32,000 nt of DNA from Gemmata obscuriglobus (lineage in GTDB: Bacteria; Planctomycetota; Planctomycetia; Gemmatales; Gemmataceae): assembly GCF_008065095.1 (NCBI RefSeq), contig NZ_CP042911.1, positions 300,001 to 332,000 on the forward strand. Reading direction: 5' to 3'. The position numbers were made by a program, and so were the translations under genes. The notes beneath the pieces are model-generated. The model did no database searches and was not told where the DNA came from. It saw only the letters and a list, made by a program, of their open reading frames with translations. Position 1 is the stretch's first letter. Every line of letters starts with the position of its first letter. Shown here piece after piece: positions 25,025 through 31,701 of the stretch.

Positions 25025-25103
25025 TTTTGACAGGATTGACAGGATCGACAGGATTTTAAATCGATCCGTCTCCATCCGGTGAATCCTGTCGATCCTGTCA
25101 AAA
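25025..25103. repeat. Palindromic element built from 9-mer GACAGGAT(T/C) units (3 forward, 2 reverse)
   Basis: TTTTGACAGGATTGACAGGATCGACAGGATT (25025-25055) faces AATCCTGTCGATCCTGTCAAAA (25082-25103). It ends 6 bp from the IS left end. Confidence 0.8.
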
Positions 25104-25109
25104 TATGTC

Positions 25110-26177
25110 TAGGACTTACGTAGTTGACTTTTGGGTAAGTAGGTATGTAGGTGCGGCGAGGTAGGTTCGCACCGCTTCGCGCACGATGGCCGTCTTGGCC
25201 GCGAACCAACTGACGCCGGACTTGAGCCGGTGCCACTCGAGCCGCAGGAACGCGCGGATCGCGAGCCCGATGTGGACCGCTTGGGCCCGGCTCATGCGCA
25301 CCTGGCACCGGTCCACGTGGCAATGCTGCTTGAGGCCCCGGTGATACTCCTCGATGCCCCACGCGTGCCCGGCCAGAACCGCACGAGTGGCCTCGTCCAT
25401 GTCGAGGTCGTTGGTGATCCAATGCTCCGTGCCCCCATCACCGGTGGCGATCCGGAACGCCTTCACCAATCCGAACCCCTCCAGGTGCACCACCGTACCG
25501 GCGGCCCCGATCGGGCACCCCTCGATGGCCCGATTGCCCGTGCGATCCGGGTTCACCCGCCGGTTGCTCCGCACCCGGGTCAGGAAGTGCCACCCCAGGG
25601 CCCGCACCGCCTTCCGGTTGTCCTTGCCCGAGTACCAGGTGTCGAACAGTACCACCCGGGGCGACAGGTCCCGTCCCTTGGCGACCGCCAGCATGGCTCG
25701 GAAGTGGTCGTTCTTGGTCTCGGCTCGGGCCGGGTCGGCGAGCCGGTAATCACACGGTACCAGGGCGGCCCCGTCGGTCCACAGCAGGGTCACCAGCCCG
25801 ATCCCGCTCACCACCCGGCGGTGCCGCCCGGACCAGCACCGGCGCACCAGCCCCATGTGCCGGGCGAACGGCTTGTCCAGCACCGAGTCGTCGAGCACCA
25901 CGGCACCGCCCGGGCGGACCGACGACCGGGCTTCGTCCCACAACGCCGCTGGGTCCGGTTCCAACCGGTGCAGCAGTCGGGTGAACGCATCATGCGCGGG
26001 CGCCGTCGGATGGTCCGGTTGGGCTCGCGCGGCTTCCGCGGCCGACGCCACCTTGGGGGTGGCGATCAGGAATTGGATGTAGTCCTCGGCGCTCGCACGT
26101 GGTGCGTTCATGGCCCGATCATAGACCAACAACACACCATGCGCAAATCCTGCGCCAGCGCAACTGCGTAAGTCCTA
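25110..26177 (-). mobile_element. Intact 1068-bp insertion sequence (IS4/IS701-like DDE transposase) with 17-bp terminal inverted repeats and a 6-bp target-site duplication
   Basis: IR-L TAGGACTTACGTAGTTG (25110-25126) matches the reverse complement of 26161-26177, TAGGACTTACGCAGTTG, at 16 of 17 positions. Direct repeat TATGTC occurs at 25104-25109 and 26178-26183. Confidence 0.85.
25116..26111 (-). CDS. DDE transposase (IS4/IS701-like)
   Basis: ATG 26111 (MNAPRASAEDYIQFLIATP), with an alternative GTG at 26135. Candidate DDE residues: VVLDDSVLDK, VVLFDTWYSG, WGIEEYHRGLKQ. The stop codon lies inside IR-L. Confidence 0.8.
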   Translation of the reverse strand: MNAPRASAEDYIQFLIATPKVASAAEAARAQPDHPTAPAHDAFTRLLHRLEPDPAALWDEARSSVRPGGAVVLDDSVLDKPFARHMGLVRRCWSGRHRRVVSGIGLVTLLWTDGAALVPCDYRLADPARAETKNDHFRAMLAVAKGRDLSPRVVLFDTWYSGKDNRKAVRALGWHFLTRVRSNRRVNPDRTGNRAIEGCPIGAAGTVVHLEGFGLVKAFRIATGDGGTEHWITNDLDMDEATRAVLAGHAWGIEEYHRGLKQHCHVDRCQVRMSRAQAVHIGLAIRAFLRLEWHRLKSGVSWFAAKTAIVREAVRTYLAAPTYLLTQKSTT

Positions 26178-26599
26178 TATGTCTTCGTACACGAGGCCCG
26201 CGTGGGACGGGGCGAAGCTGCGGCCACCGTTTCTTAAGTGACACTGCACCAACGGGCGGCTTTAAACACGCTGCGGCAAGAGCGGCAATTTAACCCGTCA
26301 TCTCGCCGCGCCGACGCGCAGTCGGCAATGAACTTTGGGCTCGCCGTTCTGCCTTGGGGCGGGCACTTTTTGCGGCCGCACTCCTGCGGTGTAAAAGCTT
26401 CCAGCGCCCAGTTCGCGATGCTTTTCCACCTTCACAGCCGGTTGTAATTCCCTCCCCGTGCGAATGTAGACTTTCTGTTAAGTCGAAACGGTTACAACGG
26501 TCTCGCGGGTGGCGATGGCACACATCGGACACACCTCGAAGCCACAAAAGGCTTGAAATCCCAGCACTTCGCGTCTTGGTGCCGGAAAAATGTCGCGAG

Positions 26600-26615
26600 T
26601 GGCACGCGGTCTGCT
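26600..26615 (+). promoter_or_regulatory. Sigma54-type -24/-12 promoter candidate
   Basis: TGGCACGcggtCTGCT against consensus TGGCACG-N4-TTGCW. GG (26601-2) and GC (26613-4) are correctly spaced. It lies about 47 nt upstream of ATG 26662. Confidence 0.45.
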
Positions 26616-26661
26616 TTTCAACCTCTCATCGAACGAAACTCAACCGCAAGGAAGCATAAAG

Positions 26662-26844
26662 ATGACCCCGAACACCACCGCCACCCGCACCGCCTCGATC
26701 GCCCAAACCGCCGATGCCGAGACGCTGCTCCGCGATCTGGCCTACGTCCTCAAGCTGACCCGTCGCGTGAAGGAAGAGATGACCGCCGACCGCGCCCCGA
26801 TCCAACCCAAGCCCGCGACCGCCGACCGCGCTCTGGTTGCCTGA
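26662..26844 (+). CDS. Small (60 aa) hypothetical protein
   Basis: ATG 26662 has AAGGAAG 7 nt upstream. Translation: MTPNTTATRTASIAQTADAETLLRDLAYVLKLTRRVKEEMTADRAPIQPKPATADRALVA. The longer track ORF (ATG 26590) would begin upstream of the promoter candidate. Confidence 0.5.
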   Translation: MTPNTTATRTASIAQTADAETLLRDLAYVLKLTRRVKEEMTADRAPIQPKPATADRALVA

Positions 26845-26903
26845 CGGTCCTGCCCGATCCCCCACAATCCGCTCCGCACTTCCTCGTAACACAGGAGGAA
26901 CGT

Positions 26904-26968
26904 GAGAAGCGGGCGGAACCCAACGGTCTACTCCCGCCGTTGCGAGTTCCGCCCGCTTCTTCTTTTTG
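26904..26968 (+). terminator. Intrinsic terminator (15-bp stem around a nested inner hairpin, then TCTTTTTG)
   Basis: AGAAGCGGGCGGAAC (26905-26919) pairs with GTTCCGCCCGCTTCT (26946-26960). An inner CAACGG/CCGTTG hairpin is nested inside. A T-run follows. Confidence 0.7.
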
Positions 26969-27135
26969 CTGCTCCTTCACTTCCCGCCCTTTCGCAGAGT
27001 ATCCACCTTCACCGCTCCGGTCGATCCGGTTATCGCGTCTGCACCGCACAATCTGGGTTTAATCAAAGTTCGCGTTGCGCCCTTGCCGAAGACTTTTCTG
27101 AACAGGATTGAGTCGCTGGGCTTTCGGGGGGAAAC

Positions 27136-28458
27136 ATGAAGCGTACCGCGACCACACTAGTGCTACTGGCCGGCTTCGGCGGCGGGTGCGTGAGCCCCGA
27201 GTCGCAGGCCAACAAGCAGCCGCAACGGCCGGGCGGGTTCGGGACGGTCACCCGCCCGAAGGAAGTGCCCGGGGTGCAGGGGCCGGGCGGCGAGCCGTTG
27301 GTGGCCATGCGCGGCCCCACCCCGGGCGGCGTGCGCCCGGCCGGGGCGACCACGCTGGTCGGCAGCAACGGGTACGTCCGCCCGGTGTCGGGCGACGGGC
27401 CGAACGTCGTGACCACGGCCGAGGGCTGCACCAACTGCGCGGTGCCGGGCGTGGGCGGGAACGTGATCCGCGACTCCGGCCCGGGCTACGGGTACGGCGC
27501 GATGGGGCCGTACGGCCCGCACAGCAACAAGGGCATCGTGCCGGTGCCGACGATGGGGCCTCCGGGCGCCGTCGCCTACGTCGGCCCGATGGGGCCGGGG
27601 GCCGCGGCCCGTCAGGGACTGCCGAACGGGCGCACCTCGATCAACTTCACCGGCCCGGCCGGGATGAAGGTGACGTGGCAACTGCCGGACGGCACGTTCA
27701 ACGACGAGGCCACCGCGCTGACCGCCCCGAAGGAATACAACTTCCTTCAGGGCTCGGTGTACCGGCTGCGGCTCACCAGCATCCTCCCGGACTTCCCGGG
27801 CAAGTCGTTCTACCCGACGCTCGAGATCGCGCCGGCGAACCCGAAGAGCCTCGTGTTCCTGAGCCACTCGTCGGTGCCGCTCACGTTCACCGCCGAGGAC
27901 TTCGCCCAGGCGAAGGCCGGGAACCTGGTGGTGAAGGTGGTGTACCTCCCGGACCCGATCAACCAGACGTTCAACACGGTGCTGAACGCCGAAGAAGTGG
28001 TCTCGACCAAGCTCGAACCGGGGGCCGACCCGGTGGCCGAGGCGCAGCGGATGGGCACCATCCTGGCGATCGTCCGCATGGGTAACATCGACCTGGAGAA
28101 CCGCGTGTCTCCGTCCATGACCTCCGTGCCGGGCGGCGGTATGCTGCCCCCGGGCGCGATCCCGCCGGGCGCGGTGCCGGTCATGCCGGGTGGCCCGGGC
28201 GCTCCCGCCCTGCCGCCGGGCGTTCCGGCCCTGCCGAAGAAGTCCGACGCGCCGGCCCTGCCGAAGAAGTCGGACATGCCGCCGGGCGCCGCGAGCGTCC
28301 GCCCGCCGGCGGCCCTGCCCGACCTGCCGCCGGCCTCGGTCAACCTGCCGCTGGCACCGCTGCCGCCGGCCTCCGGGGCGAGCATCGCGGCCCCGATTGA
28401 CCTGCCCGCGCTGCCGGTGGCCCCGATCGGTCCCGGGGCGAAGCCGCCGGTGAAGTAA
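27136..28458 (+). CDS. Exported (possibly lipo-) protein with a conserved ~150-aa module shared with the next gene, and a Pro-rich C-terminal tail
   Basis: ATG is preceded by GGGGGGA. N-terminus MKRTATTLVLLAGFGGGC. Shared module: YRLRLTSILPDFPGKSFYPTLEI...NLVVKVVYLPDP...ILAIVRMGNIDL. Tail contains PALPKKSD twice. Confidence 0.8.
   Translation: MKRTATTLVLLAGFGGGCVSPESQANKQPQRPGGFGTVTRPKEVPGVQGPGGEPLVAMRGPTPGGVRPAGATTLVGSNGYVRPVSGDGPNVVTTAEGCTNCAVPGVGGNVIRDSGPGYGYGAMGPYGPHSNKGIVPVPTMGPPGAVAYVGPMGPGAAARQGLPNGRTSINFTGPAGMKVTWQLPDGTFNDEATALTAPKEYNFLQGSVYRLRLTSILPDFPGKSFYPTLEIAPANPKSLVFLSHSSVPLTFTAEDFAQAKAGNLVVKVVYLPDPINQTFNTVLNAEEVVSTKLEPGADPVAEAQRMGTILAIVRMGNIDLENRVSPSMTSVPGGGMLPPGAIPPGAVPVMPGGPGAPALPPGVPALPKKSDAPALPKKSDMPPGAASVRPPAALPDLPPASVNLPLAPLPPASGASIAAPIDLPALPVAPIGPGAKPPVK
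28227..28280 (+). repeat. 27-bp tandem duplication (2 copies, 24/27 identical) encoding ALPKKSDxP
   Basis: GGCCCTGCCGAAGAAGTCCGACGCGCC / GGCCCTGCCGAAGAAGTCGGACATGCC. Confidence 0.85.
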
Positions 28459-28503
28459 CGACCGCTTGACTCCGCACGGGGCTCCCGCCCCGTGCCAAAC
28501 GCG

Positions 28504-28620
28504 CCGGCCCCTCCGGGGCGGGACGCAAGGTAAAGCGCAAAGGCAAAAGGTAAAAGAGGTGCTGCCTTTTGCCTTTGCACTTTTGCCTTTGCGCTTGTCC
28601 TTCCGCCCCCGAGGGGCCGG
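28504..28620. repeat. Long (about 117 nt) imperfect palindromic element with AAGCGCAAAGGCAAAAG / CTTTTGCCTTTGCGCTT core arms
   Basis: The left half CCGGCCCCTCCGGGGCGGGACGCAAGGTAAAGCGCAAAGGCAAAAGG is largely complementary to the right half CCTTTTGCCTTTGCAC..GCGCTTGTCCTTCCGCCCCCGAGGGGCCGG. It is flanked by short GC hairpins at 28474-28495 and about 28630-28649. It lies between the two paralogous genes. Confidence 0.8.
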
Positions 28621-28679
28621 CTTCCGTAGTGCGGGGCGCGGCCCCGTGCCGACGACACGGACATCCACGGAAGGTAGCC

Positions 28680-30230
28680 ATGAAGGGCAAGGCGCTCACG
28701 CTGGTCGGTGCGCTGGCGGTCGGTCAGGGGCTGACCGCCCAGCCGGTGCCGGTGCCGTCGCAGGGTCCGGTCGGCGGGGTCGCCGGCGTCGGTGTGCCGC
28801 CCGCCGGTCCTCTGGGTGCTCCTCGCATGGCGGGGCCGCTCGAACCGGGGACGGGCGCGCCCGTCATCGCCCCGCTGGCGGCCGTCAAGTTCCTCGTGCC
28901 GAAGGACGTGCGCGTCACCGCGTTCCCGGGCACGCCGCTCAGCCGCATCTACGACGCCCCGGCGGTCATGGGGCTGCGCCCCGGCTACGCGTACCGGTTC
29001 GAACTCTCGAACCTGCCGTACCAGCCCGGGAAGACGCTGTACCCGGAGGTGGAGGTCCGCGGGACCCTCGTGCCGCGCCCCGGCATGAAGTACATGGACT
29101 ACCCGCTCCCGATCGCCTTCTCGCAGACGGACATCGAGCGCGTGCTCAAGGGCGCGGTGATCACGAAGGTGGTCTACCTCGAAGACCCCGAGAAGGCGCT
29201 GCCGACGGAAGTGAGCCCGAACAACCCGGTTGAGATGCCGGACGCGACCGACGCCGCGGCGATCAAGGCCGCGACCGAGAACGGGCGGCTGATGGCGGTC
29301 GTGCGCCTGGGGAACTTGAAGCCCACCGCGGACCAGCTCAAGCCTTACGCGGTCGAGGGCACGGTACTGCTCCCGGGCGAGAAGTACTTGCGTGCCCCGG
29401 TCGCGCCGCCGGTGTTCCCGTTCTACGCCCACCCGATGTTCGACCCGCTCCTGGGGCCCAAGGGGCCGAAGGAAGAGTGCTTCGTCGACGGCGGCGACAA
29501 GGGCGACCCGCTGGGGATCGGCCCGGCCGGTCGGCTCGGGGGGCTGGACGCGACGGACGTCGGCGTCGAGTACACGATCGGGGGCCGGCGCAAGGTCACG
29601 ACCTCGAACGTGGTGTGCATCTGCTCGCCGCGGTTCATGATCCGGCGCACCGAGGTGCTGCCGAGCGGGTTCGACCAGCAGCACAAGCTGGTGGCTCACA
29701 CCGCCGCCCAGGGCACCGGCCAGTTGCGCGAGCGCCAAACGCCGATGCTCGAGGTCGCGCTGACCAAGCCGGCGGGGTTCGAGGGCCGGGTGCGGCCGTC
29801 GGCGTTCGTGGGCAAGGTGGGCACTGCGTTCTTCATCGGGACCAGCCGCCCGGCGGTGTTCGCGAAGGTGGACAACGTGCAGGTGGTCGGCGTGGTGGTG
29901 GAGCCGGAGCAACTGACCGCGTTCCCGTTCCTCGCCCCGCTCACCGTGACCAAGAGCGTGGACCCGCCGGGGCCGAAGGAGCCGGGCGAGTTCGTGACGA
30001 TCACGATCAAGTTTGCCAACACCGGCGCGAAGGCGATCGACGACGTGGTCATCAGCGACAGCCTGAGCCCGCGGCTGGAGTACGTGGCGGGCTCGGCGCA
30101 GTCGGACCGGCCGTCGAACTTCGCGGCCGCGGACAACGACGCCGGCTCGGTGGTGGTGCGGTGGGATCTGCCGGGCACGTTGCTGCCGGGCCAGAGCGGC
30201 ATGGTGAAGTTCCGGGCGAAGGTGCGCTGA
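28680..30230 (+). CDS. Exported protein with an N-terminal module paralogous to the 27136 gene and a C-terminal DUF11 (conserved repeat domain, TIGR01451-like) domain
   Basis: ATG 28680 (MKGKALTLVGALAVGQGLTAQP) is preceded by GGAAGG. Shared module: YRFELSNLPYQPGKTLYPEVEV...VITKVVYLEDP...LMAVVRLGNLKP. DUF11-like segment: LTVTKSVDPPGPKEPGEFVTITIKFANTGAKAIDDVVISDSLSPRLEYVAGSA. Confidence 0.8.
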   Translation: MKGKALTLVGALAVGQGLTAQPVPVPSQGPVGGVAGVGVPPAGPLGAPRMAGPLEPGTGAPVIAPLAAVKFLVPKDVRVTAFPGTPLSRIYDAPAVMGLRPGYAYRFELSNLPYQPGKTLYPEVEVRGTLVPRPGMKYMDYPLPIAFSQTDIERVLKGAVITKVVYLEDPEKALPTEVSPNNPVEMPDATDAAAIKAATENGRLMAVVRLGNLKPTADQLKPYAVEGTVLLPGEKYLRAPVAPPVFPFYAHPMFDPLLGPKGPKEECFVDGGDKGDPLGIGPAGRLGGLDATDVGVEYTIGGRRKVTTSNVVCICSPRFMIRRTEVLPSGFDQQHKLVAHTAAQGTGQLRERQTPMLEVALTKPAGFEGRVRPSAFVGKVGTAFFIGTSRPAVFAKVDNVQVVGVVVEPEQLTAFPFLAPLTVTKSVDPPGPKEPGEFVTITIKFANTGAKAIDDVVISDSLSPRLEYVAGSAQSDRPSNFAAADNDAGSVVVRWDLPGTLLPGQSGMVKFRAKVR

Positions 30231-30417
30231 GCCGAAACGCCACCCGTGGGAAAAGGACGCCCTGCGGGTGGCGAGAGGGAGGCGGGCTCGGGTCACCAGC
30301 CCACCGCCTCGTGGCAAGCCGCTGTGACTTTGCAGTACTGTGAGGCGGGTCTCGGCTTGGCTCTTGAGGCGCCACCGGTATCGTGACGGTGTGCCCCACC
30401 ACGTCGGAGAACCGCGA

Positions 30418-30870
30418 ATGACCGTCGCCGAGTTCCGCGCCGCGCTGCTTGCCAGTCCGGACCAACCGCTCCACCTGATGCTGCCCGACGGCGACTTCGT
30501 TCCGGCGCACTTCCACGTCACCGAAGTCGGCCGGGTGCAAAAGGACTTCATCGACTGCGGCGGCACCACCCGCTCGGCGACGACGTGCCTGCTTCAGGTG
30601 TGGGTCGCCAGTGATACGGGGCACCGCCTCACCGCGGCGAAGCTCGCCGGCATTCTGGCGCTCGCCGCCCCCCTGCTGAAGTCGGACGACTTGGCGGTGG
30701 AGATCGAGTACGAGCGGGACGCGGTGTCGCAGTTCCCAGTTGCGGCAGCGGAACAGACCCCGATGGGAACGCTGTTCCATCTCGGGAGCAAACACACGGA
30801 CTGCCTCGCACCGGACCGGTGCGGGGTGACCGGTTGCGCGCCTGCAACGGGCGGTGCTGCGTGCTGTTGA
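30418..30870 (+). CDS. DUF6428 family protein with a Cys-rich C-terminal tail
   Basis: ATG 30418 is preceded by GGAGA. MTVAEFRAALLASPDQPLHLMLPDGDFVPAHFHVTEVGRV matches DUF6428 as I remember it. The tail is CLAPDRCGVTGCAPATGGAACC. Confidence 0.6.
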   Translation: MTVAEFRAALLASPDQPLHLMLPDGDFVPAHFHVTEVGRVQKDFIDCGGTTRSATTCLLQVWVASDTGHRLTAAKLAGILALAAPLLKSDDLAVEIEYERDAVSQFPVAAAEQTPMGTLFHLGSKHTDCLAPDRCGVTGCAPATGGAACC

Positions 30871-31031
30871 GATTGCGGTAGCGTCCTGCCTGCAAACGTT
30901 GTGCGATCGCGGGCGCCAACCACTCGTTTAATGGCCGCCCGTAACCGGTCCCGGGTTCGTGCTCGCACGCGCCCGCCATCGACGCACACTTGCATGCCTT
31001 CTTTGGATCACGCACGTCTCCGCACAGGGGT

Positions 31032-31418
31032 TCATGTTTGTAGTGGGCGTAATTGCGCTGTGTCCCAGGGGTTCCACGAATTCGCAAGCTCTTTACGCCA
31101 GCAGGTTAGTATTTGTAGAAAATCGGCCACCGGTATTCTGCTCAGGGTTTCAGGAGTCAGCTCACTGAATGAATCGTAGGCTGTAACAAGCGAAGTGAGA
31201 GGGGCATAAAATGCAACTATATCGTCGCAATTATATGATCATTCTGATTTTTCATCAATACCTTCGTTAACGTGGTCGATTACGTCATCGACAATCGAGA
31301 TTGCCCTGCAATTATTAACAAACGACTCAATCCAGAGAAACTCGTCCCTCGGCTCGATACAGACACGTAGTCGCTTGATTCGAACAGCACCGCAGATTGT
31401 AAATCGAGTTGGCTTCAC
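31032..31418 (-). pseudogene. Low-GC reading frame of 128 sense-or-stop codons with one in-frame TGA (31239-31241); a disrupted foreign gene or two short ORFs
   Basis: Translated codon by codon: (GTG)KPTRFTICGAVRIKRLRVCIEPRDEFLWIESFVNNCRAISIVDDVIDHVNEGIDEKSE-TGA-SYNCDDIVAFYAPLTSLVTAYDSFSELTPETLSRIPVADFLQILTCWRKELANSWNPWDTAQLRPLQT-TGA. GAGG lies 9 nt upstream of the GTG. Codons are A/T-rich, unlike the rest of the window. Each half is under 60 aa, so neither appears in the track. Confidence 0.4.
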
Positions 31419-31701
31419 AAATCGGCCTCACAGATGAACCAAGTCGAAAGTCCCAGCAGGGAAGATTTTTTATTAATCCTGATAATACCCCTTGAGCGGC
31501 CCGCCGGAACAGCCCTCACGCACCTACACGTTTAAGTCACTTGCGTTCGCCCATGAGCCCGCACGGGAAACGGGTTCATCGCCGCGCAGAGGACGAAGCC
31601 CGCCGGGAACGCGGTGCTGTGAGCCGCGCGGGGCGGCTCGTCGTGGTGGGCTCGGTGGGTGTCGCTTTCAGGCGATTGTCGGGTTCGCATTTGGGCGCCG
31701 G

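Noticed and set aside
25027-25064. Reading the TTGACA hexamers in the GACAGGAT array as a functional sigma70 promoter
   Set aside because: No acceptable -10 hexamer lies 16-18 nt downstream of either TTGACA (the best candidates are TAAATC and AATCGA), and no downstream + strand gene exists before the IS.
3468-30569. Many other long antisense or alternate-frame ORFs (for example 3468-4718 +, 5880-7154 -, 9479-11074 +, 13687-14991 -, 14676-15905 -, 16048-17163 +, 16301-18076 -, 17626-19404 +, 20321-21079 -, 23836-25059 +, 25230-26171 +, 27163-28668 -, 27810-30569 -)
   Set aside because: Each overlaps a gene with a clearly superior, motif-bearing translation. Their products are Arg/Gly/Pro/Ala-dominated with no domain signatures. 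Long stop-free shadow frames are expected in high-GC DNA.
30594-31179. Track ORFs 30594-30995 -, 30629-31087 -, 30901-31179 + and 30959-31168 + in the region after the DUF6428 gene
   Set aside because: The minus ORFs run antisense through the DUF6428 gene, and the + ORFs have R/S-rich translations. The only coherent translation in 31032-31238 is the frame continuous with the low-GC ORF reported as a pseudogene.
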